Shown here piece after piece: positions 28,148 through 37,673 of a stretch of 64,000 bases of DNA (position 1 is its first letter; each line of letters opens with the position of its first letter). Below the pieces are notes generated by a model that was not told the origin of the DNA, searched no databases, and saw only the letters and a program-made list of their open reading frames with translations. The stretch lies in NCBI GenBank assembly GCA_965222155.1, contig CBDCTH010000012.1, forward strand, positions 3,296,001-3,360,000, written 5' to 3'. Source of the stretch: Gammaproteobacteria bacterium. Its GTDB lineage: Bacteria > Pseudomonadota > Gammaproteobacteria > Eutrophobiales > Eutrophobiaceae. Position numbers and translations under genes: made by a program.

Positions 28148-29395
28148 CTAGCCTGCAGCCATCTCCAGCATGGCGTGCAGCAGCACGTTGCAACCTGCTT
28201 CCAGGTCTTCCTTGCCGGCGTTTTCTGCTTCATTATGGCTCAATCCGCCCTCACAGGGGACGAATATCATACTGGTCGGCGCCACCTTTGACACATTGAC
28301 CGAGTCGTGTCCTGCGCCGCTGACCATCTCCATGTTGGAGTACCCCAGCGAATCAGCCGCGTTACGGACTGCGGTTATGCAATCACCGTCAAATTTTATG
28401 GCAGGGGCGTTCCACTCCTTTTTGATCTCCGCAACGAGGCGATATTTACTGCATTCATTCACGACGATTTCCCGCATTATCCGTTCCATATACCCTACCT
28501 GCTCCTGGTCGGGATGGCGCATATCGACGGTCATGACCAAACGTTCGGGCACAGTATTGCGTGAACCGGGTTCAGCCCTGATATCGCCGAAAGTCATCCT
28601 TGCCCAGGGTTTGAAATCATCAGCGACCTGGTACAGCTTGTCGAGAATCCCGTATAAGGCCATAAAAGGATCCCGGCGGATTTCCATCGGCGTCGTGCCC
28701 GCGTGACACGGCACGCCCTCGATAATCAAATCGTACCAGCCCATGGCCTGTACCCCGCTCACCACGCCGATCCGGAGGCCCTGGTTTTCCAGGATGGGGC
28801 CTTGTTCGATATGTACCTCGAATGCGGCCTTGACAGGTTTTGGCCGGCATTCCCCAGCGCCGAGATAGCCGATTCGCTGGAGCTCATCCTTTGTGGTCCG
28901 CCCCTCTTTATCCGTTCGACTGTGACCGTATTCCAGGTCGAACGTGCCCGCCCAGACACCTGATCCCAGAATGGCCGGTGAAAACCGCGCGCCTTCCTCA
29001 TTGGTCCAGCAGATCACCTCAATCGGGTGTTCAGTGCCAAGATTGTTATCGTTCAGTGTGCGGATCACTTCCAGGCCGGCAAGTACCCCGTAGACACCGT
29101 CAAATTTTCCGCCGGTAGGCTGGGTATCCAGGTGCGAACCGGCGATGACCGGGGGGAGCGAATCGTCCCTGCCCGGACGCCGGGCAAAGATATTACCCAT
29201 GTTGTCAATGGTGATATCGCAGCCGGCCGCGCGGCACCAGGAAACAAATAAATCCCGCCCATGTTTATCCTCATCGGTGAGGGCCTGGCGGTTACACCCC
29301 CCCCGTGGTGTTCTGCCTATCTCTGCCATTTCCATGAGCGAGGACCAGAGCCTGTCACCGGCTATTCTTATCGAGGATGTGTTTGCTGATGTCAT
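28148..29395 (-). CDS. M20 Zn-dependent hydrolase (N-carbamoyl-amino acid / beta-ureidopropionase family)
   Basis: GSHLDTQPTGGKFDG, NEEGARF, EVHIEQGP, HAGTTPM and SGAGHD. Confidence 0.9.
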   Translation of the reverse strand: MTSANTSSIRIAGDRLWSSLMEMAEIGRTPRGGCNRQALTDEDKHGRDLFVSWCRAAGCDITIDNMGNIFARRPGRDDSLPPVIAGSHLDTQPTGGKFDGVYGVLAGLEVIRTLNDNNLGTEHPIEVICWTNEEGARFSPAILGSGVWAGTFDLEYGHSRTDKEGRTTKDELQRIGYLGAGECRPKPVKAAFEVHIEQGPILENQGLRIGVVSGVQAMGWYDLIIEGVPCHAGTTPMEIRRDPFMALYGILDKLYQVADDFKPWARMTFGDIRAEPGSRNTVPERLVMTVDMRHPDQEQVGYMERIMREIVVNECSKYRLVAEIKKEWNAPAIKFDGDCITAVRNAADSLGYSNMEMVSGAGHDSVNVSKVAPTSMIFVPCEGGLSHNEAENAGKEDLEAGCNVLLHAMLEMAAG

Positions 29396-29654
29396 GTTGA
29401 AATCCCTGGAAATCACGCACTATATCCCAGCGGGTCAGTATTGCCAATTCCATAAAGCCGCATCGTCATTCCGGCATGCGCTGGAATGCCTGCCCCGGCA
29501 TGTTGTCAGGCAGGGACGGACTGAGTTTACAGTTGGTTTTCTGTCCTTTGAGGCGGAATTTGAAAGTATGCGGTTGCCCTGTGACTTGGAGGCTGACAGG
29601 TCTTGCACAGGATGCTATTGTAAACAACCTGTTAACTGTTCATAGGAAACATAC

Positions 29655-30395
29655 ATGAAACTCTTTTATTCACCTTTTCATTCGCTTATTCACAAAGTCC
29701 TGGTTACGATCCATGAGGTTGGACTGTGGGACGACGTCACCTTTGTGCCAACCTATCCGTTCAATAACCGCGCCGGCGAGGATCAGGGAGATAAGTATTC
29801 TATCGCGCCTGTTAATCCTCTTGATAAGGTACCGACACTGGTTCTCGACGATGGACAGGCCATCTACGCCAGTCAGGCAATAGTGGAGTGCCTCGATAGC
29901 ATGAGCAAATCAGGACAAAGACTGTACCCGGAGAACGGCCCGAAAAGATGGGACGCGATTACTCGCCTGGCCCTGGCCGATACCATGTTCGAATCGACCG
30001 TCATGCTGGCGATGGAAGGCTGGAATCCAATAGAAAAACAACGCATCGAATTTTTTGAGTGGATATGGCCGAAGATCATCAGGGGTTGTGACAAACTGGA
30101 AGCTTATTGCAAACGTGGGTTTGATGACTTTGATATCGGTCAGGCTGCAATGTTGCACGCCGTCAGTTATGTGGACTTCCGGGTGAATTTCTACGAAGCA
30201 AAAGACCCGCTCTATCCTGCCTTCGATTGTTTTGAAAACAGACCAAACCTGGAAGCGTGGTGGAAGGACGCCATTCAGCGTCCCTCCGTTACTAACCACT
30301 ACAATGTCGATTTTGAAGGTGATGATTCTGCCGAATTTTGTCAGAAGCATGTTCGGGAAGTGCTTGAATTACAGAAGAAGAATGGCACCCTATGA
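29655..30395 (+). CDS. Glutathione S-transferase family protein
   Basis: MKLFYSP, NPLDKVPTL and SQAIVECLD. Confidence 0.85.
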   Translation: MKLFYSPFHSLIHKVLVTIHEVGLWDDVTFVPTYPFNNRAGEDQGDKYSIAPVNPLDKVPTLVLDDGQAIYASQAIVECLDSMSKSGQRLYPENGPKRWDAITRLALADTMFESTVMLAMEGWNPIEKQRIEFFEWIWPKIIRGCDKLEAYCKRGFDDFDIGQAAMLHAVSYVDFRVNFYEAKDPLYPAFDCFENRPNLEAWWKDAIQRPSVTNHYNVDFEGDDSAEFCQKHVREVLELQKKNGTL

Positions 30396-31093
30396 TTAAA
30401 CATTACTACTGGCCCACGCCCAATGGCCACAAGACTGCAATTATGCTGGAAGAAATCGGCATTGAATATGAAGTCCACCCCATCGACATACATAAAGGCG
30501 CACAGTTTGATGCCGAGTTTATCAGGATAAGTCCCAACAACCGTATCCCTGCTATCGTTGATACTGATGGCCCTGACGGTAAGCTTTACAGCATATTCGA
30601 GTCAGGCGCCATCCTGCTTTATCTCGCGGAAAAAACCGGCAAGCTCTGGCCGGAGGATTTGCAGTCACGCTATGACGTCATGCAGTGGCTGATGTTCCAG
30701 ATGGGGAACGTTGGTCCCATGTTTGGTCAGAATGGCTACTTTCAGGGTTATTGTCCGGAAGATGTTCCGTTGGCAAAGGAACGCTATCACAATGTCTCAA
30801 AGCAAATTTACGCTGTGTTAGACAAACGCCTTGGTGAATTTGCTTACCTGGCGGGTGATGGTTACTCAATTGCCGATGTCGCGACCTACCCGTGGACCAT
30901 GCCCAAGCAACGAACCATGCACAAGATTGAAATAGACGACTATCCAAACGTAAAAAGATGGGCCGATGAGATTTCACAAAGACCTGCGGTACAACGCGCT
31001 GTTGCCGTACTGGCAGGTGACATGAAAGTCGGCAATCCTACCGAGGAAACCTACAAAAACATGTTTGGCAGCGGGCAGTTCGGCCGAGCTTAG
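30392..31093 (+). CDS. Nu-class GST (YfcG-like)
   Basis: WPTPNGHK, SPNNRIPAIVD, FESGAIL and YSIAD. Confidence 0.9.
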   Translation: MIKHYYWPTPNGHKTAIMLEEIGIEYEVHPIDIHKGAQFDAEFIRISPNNRIPAIVDTDGPDGKLYSIFESGAILLYLAEKTGKLWPEDLQSRYDVMQWLMFQMGNVGPMFGQNGYFQGYCPEDVPLAKERYHNVSKQIYAVLDKRLGEFAYLAGDGYSIADVATYPWTMPKQRTMHKIEIDDYPNVKRWADEISQRPAVQRAVAVLAGDMKVGNPTEETYKNMFGSGQFGRA

Positions 31094-31100
31094 TTATAGC

Positions 31101-31973
31101 TTAATCTTTAATGGGTTTGCGCGCCGTCTTGTAAGCTACATAGCTGTCCGTACGCGTGACCCAGGGCGCGTCGGATTGGACAAAGCCGGGATTCCTGGAT
31201 TCAACATACTCCAGTACGGCCGGCGAAACATCCGACATATCGCTGATTTTTTTCCCTTGCCCATGCCAGTAGTTCACTCCCGGCTGCTTGCCCATCAGGA
31301 AGAACGGATACCAGGGATTCACGTGATTGATGGTGAGATGCGCAGGTGCACTGACCAGGTCTTCGTTTTCAAGGTCGGAGACCTTACCCCGAAATCCATC
31401 CAGGTAGAGCATATTCAGGAATTCCCCGCTGGATGCCAGCGGCCATTCGTCAGGGTCCAGTTTGTTCACAAACCTGAAATGATTGGGTTCAGTCACCCAG
31501 ATGTCATCTCCCGATCGAGTCCATGGATACTGTTTAGGTGTAACCACCACGTCGAACGGTCCACCTTTAACGTCGATGGGACGATTAATCTTATCGGTAA
31601 ACGGATTTACGAATTCATCAATCCGTACATCGCTTCCGGGTTCGGTGAAGTAAGACAGATCGTAGTTACGAAAGTGAAATGACCCGTTACCCAGGTTGCG
31701 CCAAACCATTTTCAGCAGCCCGGTCCAGCCCACCATCGCCTTGGTAGCGTCATGCGTAACCCCGTATATCGTACCCTGGTACCAGTAATGCACCATCCCG
31801 TTTTCCAGCGTGCCTGCGAGCTTGGCATATGCCCGTACGCTTTCCATATTATTCGAGAAATCTATAGCGACCCTCGGTCCGGAACGGGCAGGGCTGACAC
31901 CCAGAGCGCCGCCGGCTGCGGCAAGGGCGCCCGCCCCCTGCAGCAGGGTGCGTCTGTCAATCTTTGCGGTCAT
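31101..31973 (-). CDS. Tat-exported DUF1838-like protein
   Basis: DRRTLL Tat motif; YWYQGTIYG, FVNPFT and PWYPFFLMG pattern. Confidence 0.65.
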   Translation of the reverse strand: MTAKIDRRTLLQGAGALAAAGGALGVSPARSGPRVAIDFSNNMESVRAYAKLAGTLENGMVHYWYQGTIYGVTHDATKAMVGWTGLLKMVWRNLGNGSFHFRNYDLSYFTEPGSDVRIDEFVNPFTDKINRPIDVKGGPFDVVVTPKQYPWTRSGDDIWVTEPNHFRFVNKLDPDEWPLASSGEFLNMLYLDGFRGKVSDLENEDLVSAPAHLTINHVNPWYPFFLMGKQPGVNYWHGQGKKISDMSDVSPAVLEYVESRNPGFVQSDAPWVTRTDSYVAYKTARKPIKD

Positions 31974-32055
31974 AATGCTGAACCTGTACGGTCATTATTC
32001 ATAGACACAACCCGGTAAACCTGGATGCGTTTCCATGTGCGATCATTTGTTTCAA

Positions 32056-33912
32056 TCACTCATCATCACTGATGTAGTCAAGCAGGTTGGTATGGGTAAC
32101 CGCTTGTCTGTCGTGAGAACCCACCAGGGTAGTGACGTCCATCCCGTGGGCCTTGATCCCTTCAGCCAGGGATACCGCCGAGTGGAAGGGAAGGATATTC
32201 GCCGGTCGTTTCTTTCCCGCGCGCAGGTCTCGCGCCAAGCCGCTGACATAAAGGTCCCCCGCGTAGATAAGCTTCTCATTATCAACGAGCAAATACAGCA
32301 TGTCCGAGACGTGTCCCATCTCCAGCGGATAGACGGTCACCGGTTGTAACGCGTCATCGATGCGATAGGGTTCCTCACTCGAAACGCCCACTATTTTCGC
32401 TGTCGCGGGATTACGGTCCAATGCATCCTGCAACACCGTGGAAGGCGGACGAGATGTTTGAGCCTCGAAAAAATCGACTGCCGCTTCATGAACCACCAGT
32501 GTCGCTCCGACAGCAGCGTAGGGGCGTACGCCTGCTCCGTGGTCGTTGTGATGATGGGAAACAATCAAATGGCTGATGGGTTTGTCCGGAAAGTGCTCTC
32601 CAATCCAGGCGATGATCTCCTCGCCTTTCAGATCATTTTGTCCCGGTTCCATTACTACTATGCCATTCCCCTGTTCGACAACAAATGTATAAATTCCGTC
32701 AATCGGGGACGCATAAAGGAGATACAGACCGGGGCTGAGTTCGATGGATTCGATGTCGGGTCTACCAACCCCGGCAAAGCCGAACATCAGCAGAGACTGG
32801 CTGAGCCGTCGGGCCCGTGCGGCAATCTCCTTATTATGCTGGTATTCGATACCTTCGGGCGGAGTGAAGGCAGTACCGAAGTCCGGATTGACAGCCGCTT
32901 CGCTTCGATTCACGTCTATACGCGGCGCTCCGCCAATCGACATTTGAAGCCGGTTGGGAAAATAGACCCCATCTATCGCCTGCCAATCGTGATAGTTGAC
33001 CTCCAAGGGTACATCACCATAGACGACATCCCATTCCATGGTCCTGAGTTTGCTGATGTGTCCCGTTTCCCTGTCGATAAACAGCGTGATCGGAAATACC
33101 TCATCTTCAATAACAAGCCGATGGTGAGCTGCCTCATCGATTTGCGTGCTTTCATGCCAGCGGCTGAGCCAGTCGTTGTCAACCTGGGTTTTTTCAACCA
33201 TGAGTTCGTGAAAACGGGTGTCTTGAGACCGCTGCAGCCATTCGTCGGTAACAATGAGCGTGCGTTTTCCCGTCTGTCTGACCCGATCAATCGTCACCGG
33301 GAAAACGTCAGCATCAGTGAACAAGCGACCTGTCGGCTGATCAGCATCTGCCGAGGCCAGGGTCGCTGACGAGGGATCGTTCAATACTTCCTTGAGGAGC
33401 ATATGCGGGTTGAGGAGCCGCTCAGTCTTGATCGTCCCGGCAATTTTGTCCGGGGTGGACGGTTTATCCTTTCTTTTCAGGATTCCCAGGAAGTCGTCTT
33501 CGTTCAGGTACCCTGATTGTCCAATGATGAGCTGGATACTCTCGCGCTTGTTGTAGCCGCCGCCCCTGGCAGGAAAGCTCGAAGTCGTATCAAGACGCAT
33601 CTGCCGTCCGGCGAGATCATGTCTGACTCTGACCGACGCTGGCAGAAGTTTCATGAGGCCGTGACCCGGCTCCGGCCCCTGTCCCATGATATGGTAATCC
33701 CGCTGTTCCAGGGCGGAAAACCCATTCAGGTTCGCCAGCGCCTCTTCCCCGCCGATACCACTCACGGCCAGGGCAATGACGTCTGATACGCCAGGCGATG
33801 CAGACCCGTTCGCAGTTTCTTCGGCTTTCTGGCAACCGGTTACGACAGAAAACACTGCCATGATCATCAGCACGCGCATCAAACCGTTCATTTTGTCAGT
33901 ATTTATGAACAT
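32056..33912 (-). CDS. Lipoprotein with C-terminal metallo-beta-lactamase fold
   Basis: VTGC lipobox; SHHHNDHG, GH, AGD and GSH; GGAGG before the ATG at 33912. Confidence 0.8.
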   Translation of the reverse strand: MFINTDKMNGLMRVLMIMAVFSVVTGCQKAEETANGSASPGVSDVIALAVSGIGGEEALANLNGFSALEQRDYHIMGQGPEPGHGLMKLLPASVRVRHDLAGRQMRLDTTSSFPARGGGYNKRESIQLIIGQSGYLNEDDFLGILKRKDKPSTPDKIAGTIKTERLLNPHMLLKEVLNDPSSATLASADADQPTGRLFTDADVFPVTIDRVRQTGKRTLIVTDEWLQRSQDTRFHELMVEKTQVDNDWLSRWHESTQIDEAAHHRLVIEDEVFPITLFIDRETGHISKLRTMEWDVVYGDVPLEVNYHDWQAIDGVYFPNRLQMSIGGAPRIDVNRSEAAVNPDFGTAFTPPEGIEYQHNKEIAARARRLSQSLLMFGFAGVGRPDIESIELSPGLYLLYASPIDGIYTFVVEQGNGIVVMEPGQNDLKGEEIIAWIGEHFPDKPISHLIVSHHHNDHGAGVRPYAAVGATLVVHEAAVDFFEAQTSRPPSTVLQDALDRNPATAKIVGVSSEEPYRIDDALQPVTVYPLEMGHVSDMLYLLVDNEKLIYAGDLYVSGLARDLRAGKKRPANILPFHSAVSLAEGIKAHGMDVTTLVGSHDRQAVTHTNLLDYISDDE

Positions 33913-33996
33913 TTTTTCCTCCAGTGTTCGTTTCTTTGTTCCGTAGATCAACGGGTACGATGGAGCTGTCCCCGTTAACCGTACTTCGTACCTGTC

Positions 33997-34405
33997 TCAT
34001 ATCGAGGGTTTGATATTGGCGTTCAACTGCAGAAGGTTGCTTGGATCGTACTTGTTTTTCAGTTGTACCAATCGTTCATAGTTGCCCTGATAGGTCACTT
34101 TCACCTTATCCTGCTCTTCATCCATGATTTCGTTAACGTAAAAACTCTCAGCCGTAAATGGCTCCAGTGCGTCCCAATAGTCCCGCCCCCAATTTACAAA
34201 TTTCTCTGAATTCGCGGGGTCAAGCCAACTGGCGCCCACTTCCAGGTCCCACACCGCGTCGCGGTGCGGCCAGGCGGTCGCAGCGCGGGCTACCTGACCA
34301 ACGGCACCGCCAAAACGGACAAGCCGCATCGTATTAAATCTTCCGTCCGCATGATGCCAACGCTCCATGATGATATCGTTCATCACAGGGTCGAAGTTGT
34401 TACCG
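33997..34405 (-). pseudogene. 3' remnant of an FAD-linked oxidase (BBE domain)
   Basis: GGAVGQV..ATAWPHR and YQGNYERLVQLKNKYDPSNL; no FAD-binding N-terminal half; paralog of 41793-43286. Confidence 0.8.
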
Positions 34406-34503
34406 CGGGAGTGTCCGGGCTACTGGGCGCAATTCTCCTTTGGCTTGGGCTCAGGCCATTTCAGGCGGAGGCTGCCGTTCACTTGCGATCCAAATCAGAC
34501 TGA
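34400..34503 (+). pseudogene. Possible 3' remnant of a membrane protein (MFS-like last helix)
   Basis: VTAGVSGLLGAILLWLGLRPFQAE...KSD*; hydrophobic helix followed by LRPF. Confidence 0.45.
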
Positions 34504-34597
34504 AAAGTTTACGAAAACTTTTTTTGCCACCTACAAAAACCCTGTATTTGTCTGGATTCCATGGCTGTTCAGGCGTTAACGGGAATTGCTGGCAGAA

Positions 34598-35851
34598 TTA
34601 CCACATCAGGTCGAACGGGACGGCCCACAGGGTGTCGTCGAACGGGATAACTTTATTGCCACGGTAGAGCACTACTCCACAAATAAAATCCGTTCCGGTA
34701 TGTGCGCGTAATTCCATCAAGCCCTTGAAGTCCGCGTGGACAACGGAGTCGCGCCCCTTGACTTCGATAGCGGAAAGGGCGCCATTTGGACGCTCCAATA
34801 CAAAATCCACTTCTTTTCCGTCACTTGTTCTGAAATGATGCAAGCCGATCAACTCATCCGATGCGGCCAATTGCTTCAGGAGTTCGCTCGCCACGAAGTT
34901 TTCCAGAATATGCCCGAAGACGTGGGGATCGCTGAGCGCAATTTTTTCAAGGTTGACCTGTCGCAGGTGACAGAGAAGGGAGGTATCGACGATGTAGCCC
35001 TTTCTTGACTTGACCAGCCGCTTTCCTATATTTCTGAACCACGGCTTGACATCGAAAGTCAGGAACATCATTTGCAGCAGTACGCGATAATTCCTGGTCG
35101 TTACCGCATTTTGTCCAATGTCACGGGCAATGTCGGCTTCATTGACAAGTCCGCCCGCCCTGCTTGCCAAAACCCGTAACAGGTTCGGCAGCACCCCCAG
35201 TTTTGCTATATACGCAAGCTGACGGACATCCCTTTGCAATATAGTCGTGATATAGCTTTCGAACCATTGCCGGCGCCTGCTATCATCCTGGTCCGTTATC
35301 TCTGGAAAAGTTGCCCGCTTGATAACGTTTACCAGGGACATTTTCCTGTTTATCGTGCGGGCATTGAAACTGTTGTTCATCAAGTGCCAAAGGAATCCGC
35401 CCTTGCCGTTGGTTACCTCCAGTGCTGAAAGTGGATAAAGGGTAAGAACGCTCATCCTGCCAACCAGCGCTTCAGAAAGTTCAGGCAGCGCCATGATATT
35501 AGCCGATCCGGTTAGAAGATAGCGACCATTGGCGCTGGCTTTATCGGCGAACCTTCCCTCATCAGCCAGCATCTTTAGAAAGCGAAACAGGCCGCGAACC
35601 AGTTGTGCCTCATCAAGAATCAGGCGCCCTTCATAGGCGCGCAGGAAACTTTCGGGGTTGGCTTCTGCCGCACCCAGCATGGTCGCTTCATCAAAGGTGA
35701 CATATTCGGCGGGCCACTCCCTGGCCGCAAGACTCTGCACCAGCGTACTCTTCCCGGCCTGTCGGGGTCCGTTGACGTACACTACCGGAAATCCCTGTAG
35801 TGCATCCAGGATATTTCGACCCAATTGCCGCTTTATCATGGCGTCGATCAC
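34598..35851 (-). CDS. AAA+ ATPase with DUF4143 domain
   Basis: GPRQAGKST, ILDEAQ, LTGS, ENFV and EVDFV...IEVK. Confidence 0.9.
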   Translation of the reverse strand: MIDAMIKRQLGRNILDALQGFPVVYVNGPRQAGKSTLVQSLAAREWPAEYVTFDEATMLGAAEANPESFLRAYEGRLILDEAQLVRGLFRFLKMLADEGRFADKASANGRYLLTGSANIMALPELSEALVGRMSVLTLYPLSALEVTNGKGGFLWHLMNNSFNARTINRKMSLVNVIKRATFPEITDQDDSRRRQWFESYITTILQRDVRQLAYIAKLGVLPNLLRVLASRAGGLVNEADIARDIGQNAVTTRNYRVLLQMMFLTFDVKPWFRNIGKRLVKSRKGYIVDTSLLCHLRQVNLEKIALSDPHVFGHILENFVASELLKQLAASDELIGLHHFRTSDGKEVDFVLERPNGALSAIEVKGRDSVVHADFKGLMELRAHTGTDFICGVVLYRGNKVIPFDDTLWAVPFDLMW

Positions 35852-36065
35852 TCACTTAAATTTTGTAAAAATAAATATGCCCTATATAAATACAAAAAGC
35901 AACTTTTATATCTACAAACAATTAGCGTTTAAACTGTTAACCCGCATTTCTCACCAGTTCGCTTGTCGTCATCGGCTAGTTGTTTGCTGTCAATACGTTA
36001 TGATAATCTGCTCACTATATCAACATAACAGATTGCGCTTGATGCGTTCATTGCGCACATCCATG

Positions 36066-36470
36066 TACGCAACCCTGCGGGCGGCTGTTGCCGTGCAAAT
36101 CGGCTATCCTGCCGATTTGTCTCGCTTGTCTTTTTGCTGCGCTCCATCCCCCTGCTCAACTCCATACAGAGCCTGCCCCTGCGGTTGTAAGCAGGGGGGC
36201 AGGCTCTGGAGCGCCCCCTTCGGGCACTCTTCGAGTGTCCAAATCCATTCCAGATGGATTTGTGCCGCCAGCGGGCACGTGTTCATTGCGCCCATCCCCC
36301 TGCTCAACTCCATACAGAGCTTGCCCCTGCGGTTGTAAGCAGGGGGGCAGGCTCTGGGCGCAACCCTGCGGGCGGCTGTCGCCGTGCAAATTGTCTGTCC
36401 TGACAATTTGTCCCTCAACCGTAGCTACGGCTATGCTTTCGGTCCCCGTATCAAGTACGGGGCAGGCTCC
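36066..36470. repeat. Composite REP/BIME-like cluster with internal direct duplications
   Basis: ~66-bp near-identical copies at 36144-36209 and 36292-36357; duplicated GCAACCCTGCGGGCGGCTG..GTGCAAAT..ATTTGTC at ~36069 and ~36360; CCCCGTATCAAGTACGGGGCAGGCTC at ~36444. Confidence 0.85.
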
Positions 36471-36530
36471 GGCACCCGCTGGCGGCAAAAATCCGGCGCG
36501 ATCATCGCATCAACTGGTAAGAAATGCGGG

Positions 36531-37517
36531 CTAACGGAGAATTTTCATCTCTTCAATAGGGCCGTTTCCTATCCGGGTACCCTCTGCGTAGGTTACTTCA
36601 AGCCACATACATCCTGAATTCGTCACCGGACCCGTATCCCATCTCCATATACTTCTTGGTGGCTGATCAATAAAAAAATCTTTGGTAATCGTCATATTCC
36701 TACCGGCGTCATCAGGGCCGTCCGACATCAGAACTTTCATATCGCCGTATAAAACGTAGATGAACCGCTGCGCTTTCTCGAAATAAGTTTTTTCAGGCGC
36801 GCGTGGATGTGTCCAGCCAGGTGGCGCGTAACGCAGCCTGGCCCGAAAGCCCCCTTGCCAATCATCGCTCAGCCACTTGACACTTACACCGGGAAGTTCC
36901 ACGTCTTCCTCCCATTCCATCGCCTCGGTGGTTGCCGTGTCCTGAAAATGGGCGTTAGTAAATTGTTTCACCTCGCGCCACTCATCACTGTAAATTTTAC
37001 TGTTCGGATTCAGGCTGATCGTCTTTCCACCTTCGGCGAAGAGTAATTGTAATGAGCCAGGGGTCACTTTCTGCCGCTGCATGGCGTCGGCGCGATTGCC
37101 GTGAACACTGTAAGCGGGTCGATCCATCCAGGTCCCGGGCCGCATATCGACCAGTGTCCCCATGGTTTGTTCCGGGCTGACGAATTCATAAAGAATAAAA
37201 TCTCCTTCGAGCACATAGCCCCATTCATGGAAGTCATGGTAATGGCGATCTTTGGTTTCAGCGTCCCAACCGGGTGAAAATTGAACATAGAACATAATTG
37301 CGCCGCTATCGTTCCTGTAAAGCAGTTTGCTGGTTGATGTTCCCTTTTTTCCCATGCGGAAGCGGTCGTCCCATTCCAATGCGTTGACATCAACAACCTG
37401 TAATGTCTTCCAGTCTGCCGAGGTTTCCTTATCCTGTGCTTGTACATTGCTGGATGTGAGGATGCAGAACAACAAGCTCATGCAAATTGTGATACCCGAC
37501 GGGACAATATTTTTCAT
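36531..37517 (-). CDS. Exported double-cupin-like protein (paralog A)
   Basis: Signal peptide; HYHDFHEWGYVLEG and YSVHG cupin metal motifs. Confidence 0.65.
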   Translation of the reverse strand: MKNIVPSGITICMSLLFCILTSSNVQAQDKETSADWKTLQVVDVNALEWDDRFRMGKKGTSTSKLLYRNDSGAIMFYVQFSPGWDAETKDRHYHDFHEWGYVLEGDFILYEFVSPEQTMGTLVDMRPGTWMDRPAYSVHGNRADAMQRQKVTPGSLQLLFAEGGKTISLNPNSKIYSDEWREVKQFTNAHFQDTATTEAMEWEEDVELPGVSVKWLSDDWQGGFRARLRYAPPGWTHPRAPEKTYFEKAQRFIYVLYGDMKVLMSDGPDDAGRNMTITKDFFIDQPPRSIWRWDTGPVTNSGCMWLEVTYAEGTRIGNGPIEEMKILR

Positions 37518-37587
37518 GAGGAAGGCCCTGTATTCTGTGTTTGTTATTTCCTGGAGAACTTATCTCATCTTGACAACAGCTTGTAGC

Positions 37588-37601
37588 TTATCAGATGATA
37601 A
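37588..37601. promoter_or_regulatory. Palindromic operator TTATCAGATGATAA (candidate TetR site)
   Basis: In a divergent promoter, just downstream of TTGACA (37570); same motif at 49817 and 56719. Confidence 0.6.
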
Positions 37602-37673
37602 ATAAAGAATATAATAATAGATTACAATCGATAAACCGAGCGAAAAAAGAGCACAGTGTAATTCAGAATATCT

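Noticed and set aside
35658-36617. ORFs 35658-36338, 36088-36534, 36104-36418 and 36156-36488
   Set aside because: They are translations of the repeat mosaic with duplicated peptides and no protein motifs.
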